Assembly: GCA_025999155.1 (NCBI GenBank) | Contig: AP026679.1 | Coordinates: forward strand, 85,776 to 149,775 | Reading direction: 5' to 3' | Source of the DNA: Candidatus Dojkabacteria bacterium | GTDB lineage: Bacteria; Patescibacteriota; Dojkabacteria; JAOAGR01 | DNA: 64,000 bases | Part shown: one piece after another, positions 48,897 to 58,854 of the stretch | Position numbering within the stretch: position 1 is the first letter of the stretch | Layout: each line of letters begins with the position of its first letter | The notes under the pieces: model-generated | Seen by the model: only the letters and a program-made list of their open reading frames with translations | What the model was told of the DNA's origin: nothing | The model's database searches: none | Program-made: the position numbers and the translations under genes

Positions 48897-50012
48897 TTAT
48901 TCAAATCCAACCCCTAAGTCTCCACCTAAACGCCAATAGAAAAACGCATAGATACCGAATTGTTTTGATAAGTTTTTACGGTTCACAAGGCGATTTTTAT
49001 CTAGAAAGTAAATCTTATTATTACCATTTTGCAAAAACATTTCATCTCTTTCCTGATCTACTACAGCTTTAGTCAGATCGAACTTATCATTTAGTTCTTG
49101 ATAAGTGTACGCTCTTATAACCTCATACTTATCGTCAAACTCATAAGCATATAAAGGCAATCCCACAATCAACTTGGCTCTTTGCTCATATGAAATAGTT
49201 TCAAGAGTATCCTTTAGCCAGTACATCGGTGTATTTCCAATACCACCATTATACAAAGCGTAATCATAGAAAAGTAAGACTAGACGATCTACAACTTTAA
49301 CTAAATGAATAAGATTTTCTATATTATCTAAAGTCAAATTATGGATATTACTATTTAGAGATCGTGCAAATACAGATACAAAGAGATTGATATTATATTT
49401 TTCTAATTGTTCATTAAGCTGACTAATTACTTCTAAAAATAATGCAATGTCTTCTTTAAAAACTCTTTCAAAATTTAGATTAAGAGTAGAGAAGAACTGG
49501 TACTGATTTTTGATCTTGATAGCAAAATCAAATAAATACTTAAAATCTTTCTTCAGAATTGCCCTAGTATGAAGAGGATTGGTAGATAATATATTCACGC
49601 CAAATTTTAAATTATTTTGATTTAAAGTATTTAGGGCATAATCAAAATTACTTGATAAAATAAGATCACCACTGGATCCTACCGAGGCTCCTGCGAAATG
49701 TACTTCTTCGATTAGGTGTCTATAATTACTAGCACTCGACAAACCTCGCATAAAATCAAAATGCGGGATCCATGCGTAATACACAAAAGGATAATTAAAC
49801 TCTTTCACATCAGTCCAAACTAGTTCTATAGTAGGATACACAGAATAACTTTGGACATTACGCTGATAAAACACAGACTTTGAATAAGGGAAAAAATTTA
49901 CAGTTAAGATTAATCCCGTAGCTACCAACAATCCAGCTAACACATACAATAAATAAAACAGCCTATCAAAATTAAACTTAGAATCCATAATTCTAGACTT
50001 GATAAAAGACAT
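48897..50012 (-). CDS. Hypothetical membrane-anchored extracytoplasmic protein, possibly a TIM-barrel glycoside-hydrolase-like fold. Assignment weak.
   Basis: N-terminal TM LFYLLYVLAGLLVATGLILTV. Alternating beta/alpha pattern. YDYALYNGGIGNTPMYW and GLPLYAYEF resemble GH18-like strands, but no DxxDxDxE. Confidence 0.35.
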   Translation of the reverse strand: MSFIKSRIMDSKFNFDRLFYLLYVLAGLLVATGLILTVNFFPYSKSVFYQRNVQSYSVYPTIELVWTDVKEFNYPFVYYAWIPHFDFMRGLSSASNYRHLIEEVHFAGASVGSSGDLILSSNFDYALNTLNQNNLKFGVNILSTNPLHTRAILKKDFKYLFDFAIKIKNQYQFFSTLNLNFERVFKEDIALFLEVISQLNEQLEKYNINLFVSVFARSLNSNIHNLTLDNIENLIHLVKVVDRLVLLFYDYALYNGGIGNTPMYWLKDTLETISYEQRAKLIVGLPLYAYEFDDKYEVIRAYTYQELNDKFDLTKAVVDQERDEMFLQNGNNKIYFLDKNRLVNRKNLSKQFGIYAFFYWRLGGDLGVGFE

Positions 50013-50284
50013 CTGAATAAAGCTTAATAAAAAAATTACGATGAAGTCAAAAATAGCATAACAAAAAGCGAAATATACACCAATATCGTAAAACTTCTTG
50101 GTTTAATTTAATAGTATTCAGTCCTATAAAAATCTTTAGATACAATATAAATATGTTAGACTCCTTACCTTATTTAGAGGACTTTTGTAATAAAAACTAT
50201 ATTATCAATGCTGAAATCTTATAAGAAAAAAGAACCACCTATGGTGCGTTTGTTTGACGAAAGCCGAACCTATTTTGAAATAAA

Positions 50285-50435
50285 TTGATTCGCTCCGCCC
50301 CGCCGCCGCTCGCTGTCCAGTAAAAAAATTTTCTTCGGATTTTTTGATTTGGTGCGCGGTTTTTTATTCTAAAAAGGTAAAAAAACTTTTTTGCGGGAAT
50401 CTGCTCTGAACGAGCAGGGTGGCGGGGCTTCAAAT
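50285..50435 (+). ncRNA. Candidate structured non-coding element (strand uncertain). A GC-rich island in AT-rich DNA with a long-range 11-bp helix and an internal hairpin. Identity unknown.
   Basis: GCCCCGCCGCC (50297-50307) pairs with GGTGGCGGGGC (50418-50428). Local hairpin CTGCTC-tgaac-GAGCAG (50401-50417). No ORF longer than 64 aa and no RBS. Confidence 0.3.
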
Positions 50436-50593
50436 TGGACGATGGGTGAGGTTAGTCATGCTATGCTTTTAATTTATCACAAATACGGTAAGAAATAGAT
50501 TTGTTATTGCAGCAATTTTACCATTTGTTATAATATGACCTATACCTATGGTCGGGGTATGGATAAGTAAATAATTATTAAATTTTCAAAAAT

Positions 50594-50866
50594 ATGACTA
50601 CTCAAAAAGAAAAAACACTCATCAATTTCAAAAAAGCCCAAAGCTTAATATCCAAGATTATTCAAATGGTGGAGGCTGACGAATACTGCATTGATATTAT
50701 GCAGCAAAACGCGGCCGTGATTGGCCTTTTGAAATCCGCTCATCAAATGCTGATGGAAAATCATCTTAACACCTGCTTCAAAAAAGCAATGGAAACTAAA
50801 AACGAGAAAAGAAAAAGAGAAATGACCAAAGAAATTTTAAAGGTTACAAAATTATTTAATAAATAA
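50594..50866 (+). CDS. csoR: CsoR/RcnR-family copper-sensing transcriptional repressor.
   Basis: EADEYCIDIMQQNAAVIGLLKSAHQMLMENHLNTC matches CsoR DRYCIDVLTQISAV...HLSHC. Cu ligands C-H-C present. Confidence 0.8.
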   Translation: MTTQKEKTLINFKKAQSLISKIIQMVEADEYCIDIMQQNAAVIGLLKSAHQMLMENHLNTCFKKAMETKNEKRKREMTKEILKVTKLFNK

Positions 50867-50879
50867 TTCAAAAAAATAT

Positions 50880-52295
50880 ATGACTAATTCAAAAAAATAT
50901 ATGACTAAAAACACAAAAGAACATATTTATTATGTCAAAGGAATGCATTGCGCTTCCTGTGAAATTTTAATTGAAAAAAAATTATTGGAAATTGAAGGAG
51001 TAAAATCAGTCGATGCATCAGCAAATCAAGGAGAAATAAAAATAATTTATGAAAATAAACTACCAAAGGTAAAAGAATTGAATCATCTTTTTAAAAAAGA
51101 AGGTTATGTATTTTCGAATGAGCCATTTAAAGAAGAAAAAAATAGTTCTTTCTTAATTACTTTAGGCAGCGCTTTTTTGATAATTGTCTTCTTCTTTCTT
51201 TTTAAAAATAGTTTTGTTGCTGGATTAGTTAATGTTTCAGCTAATTCATCTCTACCTACTTTCTTTATTTTAGGATTAATTGCCGGTCTTTCTTCTTGCG
51301 CCGCTTTAGTTGGTGGATTAGTTTTATCTTTGGCAAAACAATGGCAGGAAGTTTTTGCAAAAAGTAATTCAACTTTTGAAAAACTTCAGCCCCATTTAAT
51401 GTTTAATTTTGGACGAATTTTATCGTATGGATTTTTTGGCGGTTTAATTGGTGCTTTAGGCTCAAAACTTCAAATTTCTCCAGTATTTACATCCCTTTTG
51501 GTTTTTCTAGTGTCGTTTTTAATGATCGGGCTCGGACTTCAAATGTTGGGAGTAAAAACATTTAGAAAATTTCAAATTACGATGCCAAAATTTGTTACTC
51601 GTTTTATCGCTAATGAAACAAAATTTCAAGGAAAATATATACCAGCTCTTTTAGGCGCTTTTACTTTCTTTTTGCCTTGTGGATTTACCCTTACCGCTCA
51701 AAGCTTGGCTTTAATCTCCGGTAGTTTTTTGCAAGGATTTTTGATTATGTTCTTTTTTGCTTTGGGAACTACTCCTGGACTTTTAGCTATTGGTTTTTCT
51801 TCAGTGAAATTTTTAGAAAAACCTCGTTTGTCTGATAATTTTTTGAAAGCGGCAGGTATTTTGGTTTTGTTTTTCGCCTTATATAACATCAACGCTCAAT
51901 TAAATCTTTTAAGTCTACCAAGTTTAAGCGATGTTAGATTAAGTTTTAACCACCAGGCATTGCCAAAAGAAAATTCTTCAAACGAAGAGGGATTGCCGCC
52001 AATAGTTAATGGTAAACAAGTAATAAAAATGAATGCCTCAAGTTATGAATATGAACCAAATTATTTTAAAGTGAAGGTTGGCATTCCGGTAAGATGGGAA
52101 ATTAAGGATATTGGTACTTCAGGTTGCACTAACGCTATTGTCTCTAAGACTCTTTTCCCCGACGAAATTTCTTTAACTCCGGGACAAATTAGCGTTAAGG
52201 AATTCACACCTACAAAACCAGGTAAATACAAATTTTCTTGTTGGATGGGAATGGTTTCTGGAACTATTGAAGTAGTTGATACAAAAACACAATAG
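50880..52295 (+). CDS. Heavy-metal-associated (HMA) domain fused to a DsbD/CcdA-like 6-8 TM core and a C-terminal cupredoxin-like domain. Putative copper-handling membrane protein.
   Basis: HMA YYVKGMHCASCEILIEKKL. TM core with LSSCAALVGG and FLPCGF Cys. C-terminal beta-sandwich YEYEPNYFKVKVGIPVRWEIKD...KYKFSCWMGMVSGTIEVV (cupredoxin-like Cys/His/Met spacing). Confidence 0.6.
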   Translation: MTNSKKYMTKNTKEHIYYVKGMHCASCEILIEKKLLEIEGVKSVDASANQGEIKIIYENKLPKVKELNHLFKKEGYVFSNEPFKEEKNSSFLITLGSAFLIIVFFFLFKNSFVAGLVNVSANSSLPTFFILGLIAGLSSCAALVGGLVLSLAKQWQEVFAKSNSTFEKLQPHLMFNFGRILSYGFFGGLIGALGSKLQISPVFTSLLVFLVSFLMIGLGLQMLGVKTFRKFQITMPKFVTRFIANETKFQGKYIPALLGAFTFFLPCGFTLTAQSLALISGSFLQGFLIMFFFALGTTPGLLAIGFSSVKFLEKPRLSDNFLKAAGILVLFFALYNINAQLNLLSLPSLSDVRLSFNHQALPKENSSNEEGLPPIVNGKQVIKMNASSYEYEPNYFKVKVGIPVRWEIKDIGTSGCTNAIVSKTLFPDEISLTPGQISVKEFTPTKPGKYKFSCWMGMVSGTIEVVDTKTQ

Positions 52296-52452
52296 AAAAC
52301 AACTCTTATACTAAAACTATAAACACAACGAAAAATGACATAAGGAAAATAAAAACGCCTCTTTTAATATTAATAGCTGAGGTCATAGAAAAGAAAAGAG
52401 GAGTTTGCTAATTAAAAAAAGAAAATAAATAGAAAATTTATTTTAAACAACT

Positions 52453-54708
52453 ATGGAAAGAGCAATCCTAAAGATTTCAGGCATGCATTGCGTTTCTTGC
52501 GCAGTTAATATTGAAAACGCTATAAGGAAAGAGACAGGAGTTAAATCAGCTAATGTTAATTTCGCTTTAGAAAAACTTTATTTGGAGTTTGATGATGCTG
52601 AAATTAACATTGCCAAGATTAAAAATATCGTTGAAAAATTAGGATACAAGGCAGCGGAAGAAATTATTGATCAAGAAATGCACGACTACCATAAAGAAGA
52701 GTGGGGACAAGAAATTCAGGAATTAAAAAAACGGTTCGTTTCTGCACTGATTTTTAGTTTACCAATTATTTATATGGTAATGGGCGAAATGCTTGTTAGC
52801 TTGCCAATGCCGACAATTTTTGAAAGTTACGGGACTATTATCCAGTTTGCTTTAACCACGGCTGTTATTGTTGCCTGTTTTAATATCTGGACTTCCGGTT
52901 TCAAAAATTTATTGCGGTTGGCCCCGAATATGGATTCACTTATTTTTATTGGCACGGCCGTCGCCTATTTTTACAGCTTAGTCATTTCCATTTTGACATT
53001 TTGGGGCGTAAAAATTGAAGCTCATCTCTACTACGAAAGTGCAGCTTCGATTTTAGTTTTTGTTTCTTTAGGGAAATATCTTGAAGCGATAACCAAAGGA
53101 AAAACCAGTGAAGCGATTAAAAAATTGATCGGGCTTCAGCCAAAAGAAGCAACAATAATAAAAAATAATGAAGAAGTAAAAATCCCCATTTCTGAAGTGA
53201 AAATCGGAGATATTATTTTGGTTAAACCCGGAGAAAAAATACCAGTTGACGGAATTGTTGTTGACGGCCACTCCAGCGTTGATGAAAAAGCAATTACCGG
53301 CGAAAGTATCCCAGTAGAAAAGAAAAAAGGCGATGAAGTAATCGGCGCGACTATCAATACAACCGGCGTTTTGAAATTTAAAGCAACTCGGGTAGGCAAA
53401 GATACGATGTTGGCCCAAATTATAAAAATAGTTGAAGAAGCGATGGGCTCCAAAGCGCCGATCCAGCTTTTGGCGGACAAAGTTTCTTTTTATTTTGTTC
53501 CGTCTGTAATTAGTATTGCTGTTTTTGCCTTTGCTGTTTGGCTTTTACTGGGACAGCCATTAGCTTTCGCTCTAACGGTTTTTGTGGACGTTTTAATTAT
53601 TGCTTGTCCCTGCGCTTTAGGTTTGGCAACGCCGACCGCGGTGATGATGGGAACAGGACTGGCGGCAAAAAACGGAATTTTAATTAAAAACGGCAAAGCT
53701 CTGGAAATCGCCTGCAATTTGGATATAGTTATTTTTGACAAAACTGGAACCTTAACTAAGGGTGAACCAAGTGTTACCGACGTGATAAAAATTAAAAATG
53801 ATATTAGCGAAAATTTAATTTTGCAAATCGCGGCATCGGTGGAAAAACATTCCGAACACCCTTTAGCTCAAGCGATTGTCAATAAAGCAAAAGAAAAAAA
53901 GATTAATCTTTCCGAAGTTAAAAATTTTCAAGCCATACCCGGCCATGGAGTTTCGGCTGAGTTAGAAAATAAAAAAATACTTTTTGGTACAAGAAAATTG
54001 ATGATTGATAATCAGATTGACCCAAATTTAGTAGAGGAAAAAATGATTGCCTTAGAAAATCAGGGCAAAACAGTGATGATTTTAGCAGAAGATAAAAATA
54101 TAATCGGCATTATTGCGGTCGCGGATACTCTCAAAGATTATTCAAAAGAAGCAGTTAAAATGCTCCATACAATGGGCAAGAAAGTAGCGATAATTACCGG
54201 GGATAATAAAAGAGTTGGACAGGCCATCGCCAAACAGGTCGGCATAGACAAGGTTTTGGCTGAGGTGTTGCCGCAAGAAAAATCGGCCGAGATCCAAAAA
54301 TTGCAAAGTGAAGGATTTGTTGTGGCAATGGTTGGCGACGGAATAAATGACGCTCCGGCTTTGGCTCAAGCAGATTTAGGAATCGCTTTGGGCTCGGGCA
54401 CGGATGTGGCGATGGAAACTGGAGAAATAGTTTTGATTAAAGACGATTTGCGATATGTTGTCGCGGTGATTGACTTGAGCAAATACACATTAAACAAAAT
54501 CAAACAAAATCTCTTTTGGGCTTTCTTTTACAACATTGTTGGTATTCCTCTGGCTGCCGGAATTTTATATCCTTTCACCGGTTGGCTTTTAAATCCAGCT
54601 ATTGCCGCTGCTGCGATGGCTTTTTCGTCGGTTAGTGTTATTTCAAACGCTCTTTTAATGAAAAGATATGAACCACAAATTACTAAAATCATAAAGGGAG
54701 TTCCTTGA
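52453..54708 (+). CDS. copA: Copper-translocating P1B-type ATPase.
   Basis: [22 protein letters not shown] motif [28 protein letters not shown]. 751 aa. Confidence 0.92.
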   Translation: MERAILKISGMHCVSCAVNIENAIRKETGVKSANVNFALEKLYLEFDDAEINIAKIKNIVEKLGYKAAEEIIDQEMHDYHKEEWGQEIQELKKRFVSALIFSLPIIYMVMGEMLVSLPMPTIFESYGTIIQFALTTAVIVACFNIWTSGFKNLLRLAPNMDSLIFIGTAVAYFYSLVISILTFWGVKIEAHLYYESAASILVFVSLGKYLEAITKGKTSEAIKKLIGLQPKEATIIKNNEEVKIPISEVKIGDIILVKPGEKIPVDGIVVDGHSSVDEKAITGESIPVEKKKGDEVIGATINTTGVLKFKATRVGKDTMLAQIIKIVEEAMGSKAPIQLLADKVSFYFVPSVISIAVFAFAVWLLLGQPLAFALTVFVDVLIIACPCALGLATPTAVMMGTGLAAKNGILIKNGKALEIACNLDIVIFDKTGTLTKGEPSVTDVIKIKNDISENLILQIAASVEKHSEHPLAQAIVNKAKEKKINLSEVKNFQAIPGHGVSAELENKKILFGTRKLMIDNQIDPNLVEEKMIALENQGKTVMILAEDKNIIGIIAVADTLKDYSKEAVKMLHTMGKKVAIITGDNKRVGQAIAKQVGIDKVLAEVLPQEKSAEIQKLQSEGFVVAMVGDGINDAPALAQADLGIALGSGTDVAMETGEIVLIKDDLRYVVAVIDLSKYTLNKIKQNLFWAFFYNIVGIPLAAGILYPFTGWLLNPAIAAAAMAFSSVSVISNALLMKRYEPQITKIIKGVP

Positions 54709-54854
54709 TTCGTGGGCGCAACTTTATTATGGCAAAAATTCTTTTTTGGGCAGAACAAATACAAAAATCGCAAGGGATTTCAGGTCAGTGTTTCCGTTCT
54801 CTGCCGCCCTTCGCACAGCTGAATCAATCAGCAAAACTCCTGTAAGTTTAATAT

Positions 54855-54942
54855 TGGTGACGGGAATGGGACTCGAACCCATAAGTCTGTAATAGACACT
54901 AGTACCTGAAACTAGCGCGTCTACCAGTTCCGCCATCCCGCC
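54855..54942 (-). tRNA. tRNA-Leu, anticodon CAG.
   Basis: Reverse complement GGCGGGATGGCGGAACTGGTAGACGCGCTAGTTTCAGGTACTAGTGTCTATTACAGACTTATGGGTTCGAGTCCCATTCCCGTCACCA. Long variable arm. Loop TTCAGGT. Confidence 0.85.
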
Positions 54943-55035
54943 AATAGAAAACGATAGCTAAAATATTATATCAGAAAACAACACAGGAAGTATTTTTAAT
55001 CTTACCTGCTATCAAAATTGAGAAAATACCAAGAA

Positions 55036-55111
55036 TGGTGATGCGTACTGGACTCGAACCAGTGACAGGCTGCTTAAGAGGCAGCTGCTCTACCAACTGA
55101 GCTAACGCACC
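55036..55111 (-). tRNA. tRNA-Lys, anticodon CTT.
   Basis: Reverse complement GGTGCGTTAGCTCAGTTGGTAGAGCAGCTGCCTCTTAAGCAGCCTGTCACTGGTTCGAGTCCAGTACGCATCACCA. Loop CTCTTAA. Confidence 0.85.
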
Positions 55112-55181
55112 ACTTTATGTCTTTCGATTTTAGCAAAGATAAATGAATTAGACTAGTAAAAAACTATTAATCGCCCTTAGT

Positions 55182-55562
55182 CTACTGACGAAAAAGTATT
55201 TGGATTATTTTCGGAAGCAAAATCAGGAGACCTATTATCACAGCACTAATTACGACCATAAAGACTGATGCAGCAGCAAGATCACGAGGAGCTTTAGTAG
55301 CTTGATACGATAAATGACATTCGTCTCTGATAATATCACTTAACTTTTCTATACTTGTATTCATAGTTTCGATGCTGAAAACCATAAATATAAGTAGAAT
55401 AATTATTATTAATTCGATAAGTGATAAATTAAAAATAAAAGCACTAACAATAACTATCAGCGCAACAAACAAATGTATCTTAAAACTGCGCTCTTTAAGC
55501 ACTAAAAGACATCCATTGAATGCGTAAAGAAAACTTCTTAAAAACTTAGTAATAAAATCCAT
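55182..55562 (-). CDS. dgkA: Prokaryotic diacylglycerol/undecaprenol kinase (DgkA-family).
   Basis: 3 TM. Conserved E...ETMNTSIEKLSD matching DAGK ElLNSAIEavvD. Confidence 0.7.
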   Translation of the reverse strand: MDFITKFLRSFLYAFNGCLLVLKERSFKIHLFVALIVIVSAFIFNLSLIELIIIILLIFMVFSIETMNTSIEKLSDIIRDECHLSYQATKAPRDLAAASVFMVVISAVIIGLLILLPKIIQILFRQ

Positions 55563-55573
55563 ACAGAATTATC

Positions 55574-56647
55574 TCAATTTTTACTCAGGATACTTTTGAT
55601 AGAAAATGCGTAATATTTCAGATACAGATCATATGTTGTATATGCAATCACCATCAAAATCGGACCAAAAATCAAACCTAAAAAGCCAAAAACACTTATA
55701 CCAGCAATAATACCTAAAAGAGTTATTGCTTCAGGTAGCTTAGCCTCTTGTTCGACCAATTTAGGTCTTAATATATTATCTATATTGGATATAACTATAA
55801 CAAAAGTTGCAACTATTAAAACTGCACCAAATACATTACCGGTGATAGCAAGAACAAAAGCAATAGGGAACAAGAGAAACCCCACACCTACTAAAGGAAT
55901 TACAGCCAAAACTATAGCTAGAAAAGTAAAAAATAACGTATATGGGACACCGGCAATCCACATCACAACACCAGCAACAACTCCTTGTACAAACGCTATG
56001 GTAAAAGTACCATTAATCATAGATCTTGCCATTGCTACTATACGATTTAGATACATCATAGTCATATCGTCAGGTAAGGGGCTTATTTTTCTTATATTGT
56101 AAACTAATTTTTTCTGTGTTGAAAAAAGATATGTAGTTAATACAATGTATAAAATCGTATCAGTAATGAGTTCTGGAAGAGCTGTACCAACACTACCAAT
56201 TTTACTGAGTAAAAAACCTAAAACACTTCTAGCTACATTATATAGATTCGCATTAATATCTTCGATAGTTATCTTGTAATTAATAGAATAAGAAGCAATC
56301 AATTGGTTTAATTCTTCTACTTTAGTATTAACAATCTGACCTAATGAAGATGTTTCAAATTCAAACCGATTCAAATCTGAGACAATCTGCGTGATTTGAT
56401 AGGTAGTCAAAGTACCCACTAGAATCAAAGGTGAAATAAGAGCAAAAATTACTACTATTAGCGTCAGCCAGGACGCTAGATTTGTATTACCTTTCAGCTT
56501 ATAAAGAAACCATTTATAAACGGGGTTAAAAGCTAGAACTGTAAGCACAGCAAGTGAAATTACATGAACAAATTTACTTATAAACCAGGCAATGACTAAG
56601 GTTACAAGTATCAACAATATAAAAAAAACTTTCTTTTGATTACCCAT
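55574..56647 (-). CDS. AI-2E-family (PerM/YdiK/TqsA-like, UPF0118) transporter.
   Basis: 8 TM helices. About 350 aa. ISNIDNILRPKLV C-terminal motif typical of AI-2E. Confidence 0.65.
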   Translation of the reverse strand: MGNQKKVFFILLILVTLVIAWFISKFVHVISLAVLTVLAFNPVYKWFLYKLKGNTNLASWLTLIVVIFALISPLILVGTLTTYQITQIVSDLNRFEFETSSLGQIVNTKVEELNQLIASYSINYKITIEDINANLYNVARSVLGFLLSKIGSVGTALPELITDTILYIVLTTYLFSTQKKLVYNIRKISPLPDDMTMMYLNRIVAMARSMINGTFTIAFVQGVVAGVVMWIAGVPYTLFFTFLAIVLAVIPLVGVGFLLFPIAFVLAITGNVFGAVLIVATFVIVISNIDNILRPKLVEQEAKLPEAITLLGIIAGISVFGFLGLIFGPILMVIAYTTYDLYLKYYAFSIKSILSKN

Positions 56648-56752
56648 AAATATTATTTAAGAGTATTATACGGACTTTTTCTGTATATATAAAGTATAGA
56701 TTTTATCAGAACAAGGATGAAATACATATGAGATAAAATGATGCGAAAGAAT

Positions 56753-58306
56753 TTAACTAAACATTGCTTTACTCCGTCTATCCCTATGATAAGTGAGACC
56801 AAATCTATGAGCCTCATCACGAATCCTTTGTAATAGAAATAAAGTGTCTTTATGGTCATCATATGTATGACTTGTTTTTTGCCCAGGTACAAAGATCTCT
56901 TCATGCTTTTTAGCAAGGGCACAAACAAACAAATGGTCTAATTTTAAGCTATGTAACACATCCACAGCTACACTTAGCTGCCCTTTACCTCCATCAACTA
57001 TTATTAAATCAGGCGTTGATGAAAATGATTCATCTTCTTGAGATTTTAATTCAGATATATTCGAATTCGTTTTTAAACTATCATTAGTAATCCCTAATTT
57101 ATTGAGGATTTGGGCGTTATGTTCATCAAGATTAAATAATTTATTCTTAGGCTTGAGATAAGTAAACCTACGTAAAAGCATTTCACGCATCATTGCAAAA
57201 TCATCAGGTGTATTTTTTACATTAATTTTGAATTTTCTATAGTGGCTTTTTTTTGGTATTCCTCCTTCAAAAACAACCATAGATCCTACAGGATTAGTTC
57301 CTGAAATATTCGATATATCAAAACACTCAATTCTAAATTTATCCAAATATTCTGACCGTAATTGCTTAATTTCATCTAAAGATTTGCCAAATAACTTTGG
57401 AGCATTCTTATAGAGTAATCTGTATTGTCCGACTTTTAAATCCTTAATAAGAAATTCAAGACCCTTCATAATTCTTTGATACATCAAGCGCATTACGTCA
57501 TCTTCATCATCACCATAGCCTATCATTAATTTTTGAGAAACATATGTGAGTTCATCGATTTGTTGCTTTACTTTCGCGGCTTTCTCAAATTCCAGATTAT
57601 GAGCATAAGATTTCATTTTTTGAGTTAATTCATGCACTAGTGTTTTCTTCTTATTCTGTAAAAATTTCTTTATTGCGTTGATATTCTCTAAATACTCCTG
57701 TTGCGATATTAGACCTTCACAAGGACCCCCACACCGTCCTATATGATAAAAAGTACAAAGCCGCGACCTGACAATTTCCCCATTTTTACGCCTTTCAGCT
57801 CTTTTTTTGTTATCTTCATCTGTAATTTGATAACTACATGTGCGATATGGAAATTCTTTCCTTAAAAAATTTAAAACTTGATCTCTAACCTGAGCATTTG
57901 GAAATGGTCCAAAGTAGATGGCATTCTTATCTTTTGTATTACGAGTACGATAGATGATTGGATAGGGATCTTTTGTGATTTTAATCCAGGCATAAGATTT
58001 GTCATCTTTGAGTAAGACATTGTATTTTGGTTTATATTTTTTTATGAGAGAAGCTTCTAAAATCAAAGCTTCTACCTCGGATTCGACCGTATAAGTTTCT
58101 ACTGTTACTGCTTGATCTATCATTAACTGCAATCTGGCTGTCAAGTCCTTGTAATTTTGAAAATATGAACTGACTCTTTTCCGTAAATTCTTTGCTTTTC
58201 CAACATACAAAACTATTCCATCTTTATCTTTAAAGATATAACTGCCTGGTAATGTAGGCAGTGTGGGTAATAATGCTTTAACAGGATGATCTTTCACAAA
58301 GCTCAT
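56753..58306 (-). CDS. uvrC: Excinuclease ABC subunit C (short form lacking the C-terminal HhH pair).
   Basis: GIY-YIG PGSYIFKDKDGIVLYVGKAKNLRKRVSSYF. Cys cluster RCGGPCEG. Endonuclease-V-like FDISNISGTNPVGSMVVFEGG. Confidence 0.85.
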   Translation of the reverse strand: MSFVKDHPVKALLPTLPTLPGSYIFKDKDGIVLYVGKAKNLRKRVSSYFQNYKDLTARLQLMIDQAVTVETYTVESEVEALILEASLIKKYKPKYNVLLKDDKSYAWIKITKDPYPIIYRTRNTKDKNAIYFGPFPNAQVRDQVLNFLRKEFPYRTCSYQITDEDNKKRAERRKNGEIVRSRLCTFYHIGRCGGPCEGLISQQEYLENINAIKKFLQNKKKTLVHELTQKMKSYAHNLEFEKAAKVKQQIDELTYVSQKLMIGYGDDEDDVMRLMYQRIMKGLEFLIKDLKVGQYRLLYKNAPKLFGKSLDEIKQLRSEYLDKFRIECFDISNISGTNPVGSMVVFEGGIPKKSHYRKFKINVKNTPDDFAMMREMLLRRFTYLKPKNKLFNLDEHNAQILNKLGITNDSLKTNSNISELKSQEDESFSSTPDLIIVDGGKGQLSVAVDVLHSLKLDHLFVCALAKKHEEIFVPGQKTSHTYDDHKDTLFLLQRIRDEAHRFGLTYHRDRRSKAMFS

Positions 58307-58428
58307 TATACAAAAAAGTTTAGTTATTTATCTAAAATGTATCTGAAATATTGGCCTTGTCATTGAATCTCAAGATAGTCCGACATTAAAATGGAAATCT
58401 AAAATATTTTATCCTAAAATGCTCTGTA

Positions 58429-58854
58429 ATGAGTAATTACGACGGGCATCGACAACACTACCGCTTTCATGTATGGTTGATGCAAGCACAATATGATTTA
58501 CAGGCTGCGGAAATTAGTCGTAAAAACGGATTTTATGAGTGGTCTTGTTTTCAAGCTGGACAGGCAGCAGAGAAAGCATTAAAAGCAGTTATTGTATATC
58601 ACGGGAAATCGGCTCCTAAAGTCCACAAACTAGGTGTACTTATCGGTATGATCAAGAATATAGATGCTAGATTTCGTGGTATTCGTCTAGACATTACTGA
58701 GCTGCAGTCTTATACTTTTAGTGCAAGGTACCCATTTTTAATACCTGGCAATTTAGAAACACCACATGAATATATAGATGCAGAGGACGCAAAAATATGT
58801 ATAAATCAAGCGAAAATCATATTAAACTTAATCAAAGAGATATTGAACGTTTAG
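58429..58854 (+). CDS. HEPN-domain protein (NTase-associated HEPN, PF05168-like).
   Basis: WLMQAQYDLQAAEISRKNGFYEWSCFQAGQAAEKALKAVIVYHGKSAPKVHKLGVLIGMI is the canonical HEPN helix pair with the H-x-L motif. Confidence 0.75.
   Translation: MSNYDGHRQHYRFHVWLMQAQYDLQAAEISRKNGFYEWSCFQAGQAAEKALKAVIVYHGKSAPKVHKLGVLIGMIKNIDARFRGIRLDITELQSYTFSARYPFLIPGNLETPHEYIDAEDAKICINQAKIILNLIKEILNV

Noticed and set aside
50241-50270. Partial tRNA or att-site copy (TGGTGCGT...CGAACC) at the left edge of the copper island.
   Set aside because: The similarity to the tRNA-Lys 3' half is short and gapped and could be chance. Kept only as a remark inside the island finding.
50239-50433. 64-aa minus-strand ORF spanning the GC-rich element.
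   Set aside because: Its translation is low-complexity and Gly/Arg-rich purely because of the GC-rich DNA, and it has no start context. The region is better explained as non-coding structure.
54709-54854. Possible extra gene or RNA between copA and tRNA-Leu (ORF 54528-54773, minus).
   Set aside because: The ORF overlaps the well-supported copA 3' end and has no motif. No tRNA-like or hairpin structure was evident.
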